Positions 50,410-61,863 of a stretch of 64,000 nucleotides of DNA are shown here, in pieces; positions within the stretch are counted from its first letter, which is position 1; every line of letters starts with the position of its first letter. The stretch comes from Antedon mediterranea (lineage: Eukaryota > Animalia > Echinodermata), in NCBI RefSeq assembly GCF_964355755.1, contig NC_092675.1:30972912-31036911 (forward strand). Reading direction: 5' to 3'. Under the pieces are notes generated by a model. It did no database searches. It saw only the letters and a list, made by a program, of their open reading frames with translations, and was not told the DNA's origin. Position numbers and translations under genes: made by a program.

Positions 50410-50640
50410 TGTTCTTGATCTTGATTGAATAATTGATAAACTCCAACTGGAGTATCACTCAATGTGTGAGTAGAGGTTGAGGAGGGGAGAGCTAATCATA
50501 GATTAGTTTGGTTTAGTGATTTACTAATTAGGTTTTAGTGATTGTGATCGAAGTTCTAGAGAACGGGAGAGCATTCCAGTCTCTAACTGTGTTAAGGAAG
50601 AAAGAGCTCTGGAATCGGAGTGGCATTCCATCAGAGTCAG
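50410..50640 (-). mobile_element. CR1/L2-group LINE 3' remnant
   Basis: Minus strand translates FQSSFFLNTVRDWNALP; tail ends in ATCAAGATCAAG repeats. Confidence 0.62.
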
Positions 50641-50699
50641 GTTCCTGACTGATGATGTACTCTCTATGTAGCCTAGCCTTTTATAGACTTATTATATAA

Positions 50700-51342
50700 A
50701 TATAGTTTTTAGTATAGTTAGTTGATCCGTAAATTTTTAAAGAAAAAAAGTTAAAGTAGATGGACGAACAAAAATACCGGCACTAAACTAAACCTCGGTA
50801 ATTGACCTCGACCTTGGGCGAAGCATCTTTTGTTTTCACTGGCCGCAACCAAACAAGCTTCGACACCGAACTTCCGAAGCTTTTTGTTAGCGAGGACAGG
50901 CCTAGCTAAGCTTGTAATAATTTCATAAAAACACATATATCTAATTATATTACCTTAATTGGTTGATTTTTAGTATATTAAGGTTCGACTCTATCTATAT
51001 TTCATTAATTAAAACTAGTATTTTATAGCAAATAATGTAAAACAAGTAAGCCTGAAAAATATCAGGCGCATTTAAAATCCCGTTGTTGTTTTCATTTTCT
51101 ATGGTGCTAGGAATTGTGGGATATCAACAGTGACCTTCGCCCTCGTTTCTATGACAGCATTGTTTGTTTTTATATTTTGTCAACCATGAACAACAAAGCT
51201 CATCATCACACACAAAAACACACGTCAACAGTCATTCAAACCAAACCAAGTCATTGAAAAGTGAAAGGCTAGGCTGCACACAGGCTAAAAAACAGTACCA
51301 ATATCTGTTTTTCTTCTAAGTTTTAGTATAATTTTGTTTTAA
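50700..51342. promoter_or_regulatory. Head-to-head promoter region FZR1 / CFAP144 with an RFX X-box-like site
   Basis: Start codons diverge 1.3 kb apart; FZR1 ATG exon has an acceptor at 50031 so a UTR exon lies upstream; local CpG enrichment; GTTTCTATGACAGC at 51145-51158 next to a forkhead-like TGTTTGTTT. Confidence 0.45.
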
Positions 51343-54248
51343 ATGGCAGCGCCAGCAAGAGAAAAAGATCCTGTAAATATTGTCCATCAAAATGCAATTT
51401 TATGCGAGACAATAAAGAAGGAACAACAAACACAGAAATTATATACAAGTTACAGCATTAATCCGTTCAAAAAGAGTAAGTTAATTGTACTGTCACACCA
51501 AAATCAGTCCAGGCCAAAATCGGTCCGGCGGACCAGTTTTGGCTGCCAAAATCATTCCGGGGGACCATTTATGGCTGCCAAAACCTGTCCGGCCGGACCA
51601 ATTTTGGCCGCCAAAACTGGTCCGGCCTGGATAAAATCGGTCCGGGCAGTAGGACTGTTTTTGGCCGCCAAATATGGTCCGGTCTTACAAATATATGGTG
51701 CGCAAAATGAGTCATAATGTATTATATCATTTTAAAAAATGTATTAGTCATTATATTGAAAACTATGGGTTTTATTTGTTATTTTAATATTATAAATTAA
51801 GCCTGTTTTTTAAATTATCATTATTAGTAGTAACTCATCAATAATAAGTACTAATTGTTAAGCTTTTTGTATACAATATGTATCTCTGCCTGTTTTTAAT
51901 CCATATTGTTCTTTTTTAACATCTTCGTTTCCCCATGATGTTAAAAACAATTTAATTTATTAATTATTAATGGTTGATCAATCAATATCAATTCAATACA
52001 ATTATTATAAAACAATTATCCAATATTGATTAGGCTGAGGACGGAAAAAGGCCTCAATCATAAATAAAATCTAGCTGGCAATATCAGCGTCTCATACCCG
52101 TTCATGTGAGTGTGTGGCAGGCCGAAATATGAGTGAACACCTAAGTCATGTTTTTAGATAAAATACATTTATTTATAGTATTTATCCGACAAGATAACTT
52201 ACTAATATATATCATGGGATATTTTTCTAGCCATAAACAACTTAAAACAGCATCATAGGCCTAGTAATTCAATTAAAATCAACAGAAGAAAAGCCCGGAC
52301 CGATTTTGGCAGTGGCGGACTGCTTTTGGCCACAATTTTAGAGCCAAAACTGGTCCGGCCGGACCGATTTTGGCCCCGGACCATATTTATCGTGACAGTA
52401 CATTTTCACTATTTATCAATCATGTTATCTTATTTTAAAGTAATCCATCTTGTTTTTGTATTTATTGATATTAATAACTTCTTTATTATTACCTCACCTT
52501 ATTGTTTCTTAATTAAAGGGTCTCGGCTTATTAATTAAAACTAAAAGCATTTGTTTTTTTGTGTTCAGTTTCCTTTTCCATATTTTGTTGATCATCTTTC
52601 TTAGCTTTGTACATTAGCCTATATCCTTAGTTTTATGGAATAAATTGATTTTGATTGATATTTATATCTATGATTTATACAGTAATTATTAAAATATGTG
52701 TTTCTTTTTAATCTCATGTTTTATACTGAGTGAAACATGTTTTTTTCTCCTAAAGATTGGTGGAATTGCATTCTTGAATTGGATGTATTCAGTACAGTGG
52801 CTTATTGGCCTACAGTTATGTCTTTTGAATGATCACCAGTATTCATTACAGTGGCTTATAGGCCTACAGTTATGTCTTTTGAATGATCACCAGTATTCAT
52901 TACAGTGGCTTATAGGCCTACAGTTATGTCTTTTGAATGATCACCAGTATTCAGTACAGTGGCTTATAGGCCTACAGTTATGTCTTTTGAATGATCACCA
53001 GTATTCATTACAGTGGCTTATAGGCCTACAGTTATGTCTTTTGAATGATCACCAGTATTCATTACAGTGGCTTATAGGCCTACAGTTATGTCTTTTGAAT
53101 GATCACCAGTATTCATTACAGTGGCTTATAGGCCTACAGTTATGTCTTTTGAATGATCACCAGTATTCATTACAGTGGCTTATAGGCCTACAGTTATGTC
53201 TTTTGAATGATCACCAGTATTCAGTACAGTGGCTTATAGGCCTACAGTTATGTCTTTTGAATGATCACCATTTCATTTTATTTTGTTTATTACAGTGTAC
53301 ACATTAACTGGAAAGCCCAACTCAGTTCATGACTCAGCAGATGGTGAAGAAGATGGTGAGTTTTAAAAATCAAATCAACAATGATTAGTGAAATTATTGA
53401 TGTACTTTACACTAAATATTCTGCAATAATTCTATATTTTACTCATGAGCTATTGAAGAAATAAAAATGTTAGGACAAGAACCCATAAAAGACATAAAAA
53501 AAAGATAAATAGTTCCATAATTACTAATAATAATATTCTTTCAGATTATTTGCGCCTTTCACCTACAGACAAGTCGCCCTAACTGTATTTTTATTGCGAT
53601 TCAATTATTTAATTTTATTTGTTCTTAATTTTTCACATTTTATAGGCAACTTCCTACGAATTATTAAACGAGCTTATCAAGAACCAGTTAAAAAGTTTGA
53701 ATCACCTCAGACGGAAGCACAAGAAATAGGCTGGTACTACAAGCCCTTGGTATGTTTAGTATTGCCTACTATTTCTAGTAGTATTTCTGTAATAACTTAT
53801 CCTATCACATGTTTGTTTATATATTCTGTAAATTTAATATTCTCATTCCACATGTTAAGTAACTTTTTATGTAGTAAGCTGTCTTAAAGTTTGTTCAACC
53901 AACTTTCTGCAATGACAAACTAATACAGTAGAACCACTATTTTAAGGGGACACCTTTGGGACCCAACAATGTCCTCTTAATTGGGAATTCCCACAATTAC
54001 AAACATATTGCCCTCATTTGTTTCCCTTATAGGGGTGTATCAAAGGAGAAGTTTCGCTGTACTAGTATTACTAAACATGCTACAATTATTTGTGAATACA
54101 CTAATTCTGTTATAATTTCTGTGTATTTTTTTAGCTTCCGCAAGACAGAGAAGATCGACGACTTAATTATCCACGAAAGAACTCTGAAATAACAACATAT
54201 ATGGATGCAGCTTGGCGTCAAAAAGAACAACAGGAAAATCTACAATAA
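51343..54248 (+). CDS. CFAP144: Cilia- and flagella-associated protein 144 (FAM183 family), 4 exons, ~136 aa
   Basis: Exons 51343-51475, 53296-53355, 53646-53749, 54135-54248 join in frame (411 nt). Motifs HQNAILCETIKKE..KLYTSYSINPFKK, LTGKPNS, PQTEAQEIGW, RRLNYPRKNSEITTYM are typical of FAM183. Confidence 0.88.
51491..52397. mobile_element. Non-autonomous TIR element, Ginger-like, in CFAP144 intron 1
   Basis: Termini TGTCAC...GTGACA, ~55-bp imperfect TIRs, GTAC on both flanks (51487-51490, 52398-52401), subterminal palindromic repeats GCCAAAA..GGTCCGGCCGGACC..TTTTGGC. No transposase ORF. Confidence 0.75.
52786..53270. repeat. 54-bp tandem repeat x9, ending just before the CFAP144 exon 2 acceptor
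   Basis: TATTCA(G/T)TACAGTGGCTTATAGGCCTACAGTTATGTCTTTTGAATGATCACCAG. Confidence 0.96.
53926..54059. mobile_element. Tc1/pogo-like MITE
   Basis: TA|CAGTAGAACC...GTTTCGCTG|TA with degenerate TIRs. Confidence 0.5.
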
Positions 54249-54835
54249 TACTGAACTGAAATCATGGGTATAGCAGCAATAACTAACATTTTATAGTAGT
54301 ATAGCCATAGTAACAATACCTCTATGAGCACTGAATTCAATGCGCAATTTTAAACGTTTTAATTATTAAATTAGGATTAAAAAGTGTTGTACAGTTGAGT
54401 AGTTTCTTGTTTTTAAACATTGCTATGTAAGAATAACCAATCGCAAAGAATTTGTTAATGTTTGAAAATTGTTATTGATAATGGAGGAATGCATTACAAC
54501 AGCAAGTTGTTTGTATATACAATGTATTCAATAATATAATGCATGTTGAATGATCAAGTTGTCTAAATAATTATACTGTAAATACATTGAAATCCACCGC
54601 ATTGGATGATTCGATCAAACTTGAGAGTAGAAAACAAAGATCAAAATTCATTATCTTTATTACCAGCTTACATAGAATAGGTACTCAGTTTAGTAGTTTA
54701 GTAGAATTGGTTAAATAAAATCAACCAACAAATGTTCGCTTCATTACTTCAATAAATATTTATAGAAATATCACTTGATTGATGTGGTTATACAATTTTA
54801 TATAGCCCTAAAAAGTTAACAAACAATGCTGAGCC

Positions 54836-55130
54836 ACACAGACTTAACAGGTAACCCTACAGACTTGAAGAATGTTTAGTACTAGACTTAACTGCTGACC
54901 CTACAGACTTAGATGATGTTCAGTCACACAGACTTAACAAGTGACCCTACATACTTGGAAAATGTTGAGCACTGGACTTGAAAAGTGACATTACAGACTT
55001 AACAATGTAAAACCATAGAATTAACAGGTGAGTCTATAGACTTAGATGCTGTAAAGCCACACATACTTAACAGGTGACATTACAGACTTAGATGCTGTTT
55101 AGCCCTTGACTTAACAAGTAACTCTACAAG
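54836..55130. repeat. Diverged ~43-bp repeat x~7 in the presumed EBNA1BP2 3' UTR
   Basis: ACAGACTTAACAGGT.ACCCTACAGACTT.GA.GATGTT.AG, with an internal ~21-bp sub-period. Confidence 0.8.
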
Positions 55131-55167
55131 CCTTCATTATTTTAGTGGATATTTGAGTAATGTGTTT

Positions 55168-58100
55168 CTATTTCCTTTTATTCTTTGTCTGTTGTCTTCT
55201 GTTCTTTCCTGGTCTCACGTTCTTTCCGCCCTTTTTTCCCTACAAAAAAACAAAACATTTATGCATGTAAATTAGAAATTGCATCCGATATCAGTGTTAA
55301 CTGTTATATGGTAAAACCTTCATTTTACAAACAAACCCACCACTCAATCATTTTACCCAGCCTACATCAATGTAGCCTACACTTAACTATTTTAGCCTAG
55401 ATTCAACTATTTTAGCCCACACTCAACCATTTTAGCCCACACGCAACTATTTTAGCCTACACTCAACCATTCTAGGCCACACTCAACTATTCTAGCCCAC
55501 ACTCAATTACTTTAGCCTACACTCAACTATTTTAGCCCACACTCAACTATTTTACCTCACTATTCCACCCATCCTCATTTTAATCAACCTAACCCCATAA
55601 AAGACCATTCAATGACTGAAATTATCTGCTCAGGTTTAGTCAACACCCATCATGATACACTGGCACACAAACATACCTTGTTCATTTTTCCACCACTAAA
55701 TTTTCTGTTCATACCAGTACTTTTCGGGTTCTTAGAGTTTATGTTGTCAACTTTTCTAAAACTATCCTTGGTATTTTGTTTTTGTCCTTTCTTTCGACCA
55801 CCAAATCCAAATTTTTCATTTTTAAATTGTCTTTTTTGCCCTGGTCTGAAAAGAATATATTTGGTATATTTAGTGTTATTTTTTTTTAAAATGTCATCAT
55901 ATTAGCGGTTTAGAATTTGTTCTGTGCATGTGGTGTTAAATGTTATTTTTAATTGTACAAATTTGTTTAAAAAGTTGGGACTATGTATTAGAGATGATAC
56001 ATACCCTTTAGAGATGATACATACCCTTTAGAGATGATACATACCCTTTAGAGATGATACATACCCTTTAGAGATGATACATACCCTTTAGAGATGATAC
56101 ATACCCTTTAGAGATGATACATACCCTTTAGAGATGATACATACCCTTTAGAGATGATACATACCCTTTAGAGATGATACATACCCTTTAGAGATGATAC
56201 ATACCCTTTAGAGATGATACATACCCTTTAGAGGTGATACATACCCTTTAGAGATGATACATACCCTTTAGCTTTAGAAACACCAGGTTTCTTTTTATCT
56301 TCTTCATCATTGAGAAAATCAAGTTCCCTCTTTTGTCCTAAAATAATAAAATAGCGATGATTGTGTTTTTATGCTTACATCAAAGGTTTTAAAATGCTAG
56401 TTCTCTTTTTGAAATGTTCCAATACAATGTACCTGTCCTACTCAGTGACTTAGTTACTACTACTTGGTTAAATCTCTATCAAGTATATTGCCGAATTTTA
56501 CCTTTGCGATATTTCTTGACTGCTTCAATCATTTCTTTTTTTTCTTTCTGTCTTTTTAGTAACACTTCATGTTGAACCTAGTAAATAAAACAATACTTAC
56601 AAATTGGAAATGCTTTAGCAAATTTGCTTAAAGAATGAAAATGGCCAAATGAATTACGTAACAAGACATGATATAATTGTCAGTGGTCAGTTGGTTGTCC
56701 AAGACACATGATATAATCGTCAGTTGTCAGTTCACTCACCTTTTTACCATATTTCTTTAATTCCCTCAGTTTCTTTGCCTTTTCAGACTTTTCTATTGAT
56801 GCTTTCTTTGTTATTATTTTTTGTTTAACCTGTAAAAAAAAAAAGAATCAACCATTAAGTTGTATTGTGCAGTAGTCTACTCAACAATAAAACATATGAC
56901 AGTTTGATTTCTGTGATAATGATTAGGGAAAAATGCAAAATCTAGGTAGATAATAAATCCAAAAATACTGTATAAAGTGCTAAATAGGAGAACATAGGCC
57001 CTGGCCTGTTTTAGCATTATAAGTAAACATTACATTATAAACTTTAAATTTCACCAAATATTGCTAATTGTCTCTCCATACCAGATTATAATTGTACCAG
57101 CAAACACTTCATTGTCTGGGTGCAGTTGACATTTGTTTCAACACAAGGTAACAACTGAATTATATGCATGTGGACATCTGATTTGACCATTTGACATTAA
57201 TTTGTTTCAACAAATCATTTTGCAAGGTAACAACTGACCTTTTGCATGTGGACATCTGATTTGACCATTTCAGCATAATAATCAGGTGGTCTTTTTGTTG
57301 GTATTCCAAGTCTTTCAAGTTTTGGTAAAGATTTTAATACTGCTTCCTGAGCTTGCTGATAACTAAATAATATCTGATAACTTTCAATTTAATTATTTTA
57401 TTTCATCAAGCACTCTGGCTCGAAAATTGTCTTGCTTGTCACATACATATACAACATTAAAAATATGATAAAATGGGTAAAGTCAAAAATAGTGAGGCTT
57501 TAAAAACAATCATCTTTCTACGGCTTTTTCCATTTTTATGTATGTTCTGTATTTTTAGAACTTTGAAATCCATATTTATTTGAAATATTTGGATCAAACA
57601 TTTATAACATTTAGGAGACTTCTAAATAAATTGGAATGTTTGGAACTACAGTATATGATCCGACTAAATTGATAACCAACAAAAAAGATTTTACACAAAA
57701 AAAACTTACAATTTTAATTCTCTTTGAAAATCATCGTCATAATTAGTTTCATCTTCTTGATTATTTTGTATTGTTACATCAAGTCTTTCATACCATTCTA
57801 GTTCATTTGACAACTCTTCTAATTTACTTTGCAACCCAGCCTATAAAGAGAATACAAAAAGAAAACATTTAGTTTTAGTCCTAAAATCCTAAAATCATTT
57901 TTGTGTTGCCTGACCTGGACGCGATTTTTTTTTTCGTACATAAGTTGGGGACCCCTTAATGAAACGTCACAAAATAAACATGAATAATTCATCAGTTAAA
58001 TTTTCTTGTTCCGTGTGCACCCAAGCGTATACAGTAGCAACAAGAAGTGACACTGCGATACGATTCTAGCCTATCTCCGCTGTGGTTGCGGCGTGCGATT

Positions 58101-59997
58101 TCATAAAAGAATAGCGGCGTTTTGTGTGGATTGTCGAAATAATCAGCCTTTAGTTTATGATAGTGTTTTTAATATAATGTACAGTATTACTAAAGAATTA
58201 CGTGTTAAAATTATAGTTTCTATTAATACTATTAGGCCTAATTATTAGTCTCTAAAGCCCATGTCTATTCTAGTAGTCTGTGTGGGTGTGACGTGTGTGT
58301 TACTGTTAGGTATGACACAGTCCGAGTAATCAGCAAAATTAAACAATTACATTACACAAAAATACATTTTTTATTCTCGTGGTTCTAATCTTTCCATCTC
58401 ATGTGTTCATAATTTAACGCGCATTTTTAAAGTTCATTTGAGTACATGCATATTGTTTGATAATAAAATAGCAGAATTAAAAAATTACAGTACACAAATT
58501 ATACATCTTCTTGTGGGTCTAATTACTACCGTATACTTAGTTGAATGTCTTGCCTAGCTGTCGATTAGCCTCGACACATTTTGCATAGGTTGGTGTGTGT
58601 GTGAAGAAGAGTGCGCGAAGGCAATCACATGAATTGACCTAGAATCCTAGGCCTAGAAAGTATCGTATCGCAGTTGTAATCACTTGTTGCTATACGCTTG
58701 GGTACACACGGAACAAAACATTTAACTGATGAATTATTCATGTTTATTTTGTGAGGTTTCATGAGGGGTCCCCAATTTATGTACGAAAAAAAAATCGCGA
58801 CCTGGACCAACCCAAAATTCTAGACAATCCTGGGACAGCTTTTTTTGGCACAGTCAACTCTCCCAATACCAGACATCTTTGGCTGGCTTATTATGTCTGG
58901 TTTTCCTCGGAAAGTCTGGAATTCGGAACGTGTGTTTAATGGTAAAAATGAATCTATGATTAGGAAGTATACAGTAAGTTTTTTAGCAGGACCTTAATTA
59001 TTAAAGTGTTTCTGGAATAAAAACATTAAGAAAAAAGAAGCATGAGGACATAGTTAATATCTTACCTCATCATTTGAGTATTGTTTTGGAGCAGCAACAG
59101 CAAAATTTAAACCAGGTTTAAGGCTTCCCTCTTTAAGTGCCTGTTGCAGCTGAAAAGTTTTTGGAAACATAACTAAAGTCAACTAGAATATAGATTGGAT
59201 TTGCGAGCAAGGCATTCAATGCTATTGGGATTTAAAAAGCTTTGGTCTAATTTAATACGCATTTACAGACAATCAGGGCCCATTTTTATATGTGCCCGGT
59301 TGTCTTATACGTTATACAGATAGCCAAGTGTATCGTTTGTAAATCTGTTCCATTACATTATGGTTTCTCGGCAAACAATGTTTATATTATTAATGGTAGC
59401 CATTATTATGTGCGATTAAAAAAGATATGAAAATTATTTGATTAATAAAGGTGGTGTATAAGCTAAAAAAACCCCACCACATTTTGTCATTTGGTAACTG
59501 TATATCTGTGTCTACCTATTGCAATTATTTGGCAGAGAGAGAGAGAGAAATTAAAATTGAGTCCCTTTTTTAGCCTAAATGAATTATTTGAAAAAAATAA
59601 TGACCATGTCCCTTTAAATAGGGTAATCATAATAAATAATAATAAAATATTTTATGGTGAACAATTATAAATCCAATTCGTTTCCATGGACACGATAGTT
59701 TTTTTCCCTTTATTTTTATAATGGGCCCGATCGTCTAATTATATTGGGCCCGAACGTACGGAATCACCAACGTACGTCCGCACGCGTTGGTACCCGATCG
59801 TCAATCCTCTAGCTAGGCCTACTACTAGTTAGGCTAGTAGTACTCTACTACTATCTAGGAGGCCTCTAGCCTAGCTAGCTAGGCCTAGCTCTTTTAGTTT
59901 TACCTCTAAATTAGATTAAAATCAAACAGTACACATATTCATAAATTGAACTCACTTCTTCATCAGAATCTGAAAACTCATTTGAATCTGATTCCAT
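55168..59997 (-). CDS. EBNA1BP2: rRNA-processing protein EBP2, 9 exons, ~286 aa
   Basis: Exons (minus) 59997-59956, 59149-59066, 57840-57710, 57362-57239, 56829-56740, 56577-56502, 56337-56265, 55845-55677, 55239-55168, 861 nt in frame. Motifs DSDEELQQALKEGSLKPGLN, LEWYERLDV, DDFQRELKFYQQAQEAV, PTKRPPDYYAEMVKSDVHMQKV, KNEKFGFGGRKKG, RPGKNRR. Confidence 0.95.
55340..55560. repeat. Diverged ~20-bp repeat x~10
   Basis: CACACTCAACTATTTTAGCC. Confidence 0.85.
55991..56270. repeat. 20-bp tandem repeat x14 containing the EBNA1BP2 exon 7 splice donor
   Basis: GAGATGATACATACCCTTTA; minus strand TAAAGG|GTATGTATCATCTC. Confidence 0.97.
57921..58798. mobile_element. Mutator (MULE)-like non-autonomous element in EBNA1BP2 intron 2
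   Basis: ~150-bp imperfect TIRs (GCGATTTTTTTTTTCGTACATAA.TTGGGGACCCC...) and 9-bp TSD GACCTGGAC at 57912-57920 and 58799-58807. Confidence 0.8.
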
Positions 59998-60389
59998 TAT
60001 GACTGGAGCAAATTTAACAACTAAACTTAAAATTATTAAATTAATCTCAACATAACATGTGTTTTCCTCTTGTTGCTCGATCGCGTGTGCAGCGTATTTA
60101 TGAACATACGCCCTCTATATCGTCACCCACGTTGTTGTTGTTCTCAAACACAGTAGGCCGAATGGACGCACAGCGTCATAAAATTCATGTCTAAAAAATG
60201 TATTATTTACAAACGAATAACCTAAAGTTCTGTTGTTAATAGAGGGTTCATCTCATCTAAAACATTAGGTATATGTCTGTAAACTGTTCAAACTATATTG
60301 ACATATATACCGGATTGTTTTCTTAAGATCCATCGAGTGTAGGCCTAGGCCTGCTGCAGTGCTATATACCATGGAGGTATATATGGCTT

Positions 60390-61108
60390 TGTTATGCGCG
60401 ATTTGAACGATTTGCGCAATTTGAAATTGCGCAAAAAAATCCTTGCGCAATTTGAATTGCAAATTGCGCAAGGTTTTTCGACAGATTGTGAAATCATGCA
60501 CACCCATATTTTTATAGTAATTTCTAAGAATGATTCAAAATTAAAGATAAATATTGCATTTCCTTATTTTAGTAGTGCAAATATTGTTATAAGTTAGCAT
60601 ACCGTCGAAGAACCGACGAAGGAAAACGAAGCGGTGGTGTTCCACCAGGCGGGCGCGGCGCGGGCGGCCGGCTATAGCCTACTACTCTAGCCTAGCTAGG
60701 GTCTGGACTACTGATACTGACTAGGTTACATGGCCTAGCTAAACTAATATTAAAAACTTAAAAAGTGAGTATTAAACATTATCTTCATTGAAATGGTCTT
60801 ATTTATATAATAAAATACTAAATTTTAAACTCCTCTGCCTAGGCCTAGCCTAGCCATGTATGGGAAAATTTACAGTTCGTTTTCAAATTGCGCAAAGGTG
60901 TCATATTGCGCAAGAACTACCTTGCGCAATTTACAAATTGTGCAGCGCAATTTAAAATTGCGCAAAGATTTTCTTGCGCAATTTGAAATTGCGCAAGTTG
61001 ATTGCGCAATTTGAAATTGCGCAAAAAAATCCTTGCGCAATTTTAAATTGCGCAAGGATTTTTTTGCGCAATTTCAAATTGCGCAAATCGTTCAAATCGC
61101 GCATAACA
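60390..61108. mobile_element. Non-autonomous TIR element, Ginger-like, with TTGCGCAA palindrome arrays
   Basis: Termini TGTTATGCGCGATTTGAACG...CGTTCAAATCGCGCATAACA, ~70-bp near-perfect TIRs, 4-bp direct TSD GCTT (60386-60389, 61109-61112). Confidence 0.82.
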
Positions 61109-61863
61109 GCTTTACTGTACTCTCGCAAGTTTAATTTTTAATTATTAATTAACAATTTATTAAAATGATTGTGTAGCAGTTTTCTTTTTTCCAAAATGTT
61201 AAGGAAGAAATTACATTTATGGCGAGGGAGATCATTATTCGTTAATTTAAGTCTATCAAACAATATCCTTGAGGATCGGTCTACTCCAACCACAAATATG
61301 CCATGACAGACGGTTGAGACGCCTTGTAAATTTACATAACGGTCATGTCGACTTTACGTCATACATAAGTCGCGTTTTACAATTGAGGATTTAATACATT
61401 ACCAATATATTACTACCTACATTGTCCACCATATTTATTAAAGTCATGTGGAGAGTGATAGTTTATACATGGTTTATAGTTCTGTAACTCGCTTCAATTC
61501 TTTTTATTCGGAAGTCTCCCCCTTATTTTTTTATAACGGTTCAAGACCCATTTATTTTTGCCAGTTTAGTAATTGTTTTTTTTTTATTGTTATAGCTTTT
61601 CTAGGATATGTAGTGTTAACAACGTCACAAATAAAGCATCGTTTATTTATTTATGTATTTCAAAAACCTCCCGAAGGAGAAGCATAAAATACAAATATTT
61701 ACAATGCAAAAAGTCTACAAATACTACTTACATACATCGTTATGAAATAAAAATGAGTTCACTCCTATCACAGATTCCCATGACAAAAACAGTAGTTTTT
61801 CTTTAAATATGATTAAAATAAAAAATAGATTTAATAAAGAACAATTTTCACGGTGAACACAAT

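Noticed and set aside
51476-51717. C-terminal part of the 124-aa ORF at 51343
   Set aside because: Read-through past the exon 1 donor into a transposon arm.
52696-53307. 203-aa ORF with QWLIGLQLCLLNDHQYSL repeats
   Set aside because: 54-bp intronic tandem repeat in CFAP144 intron 1.
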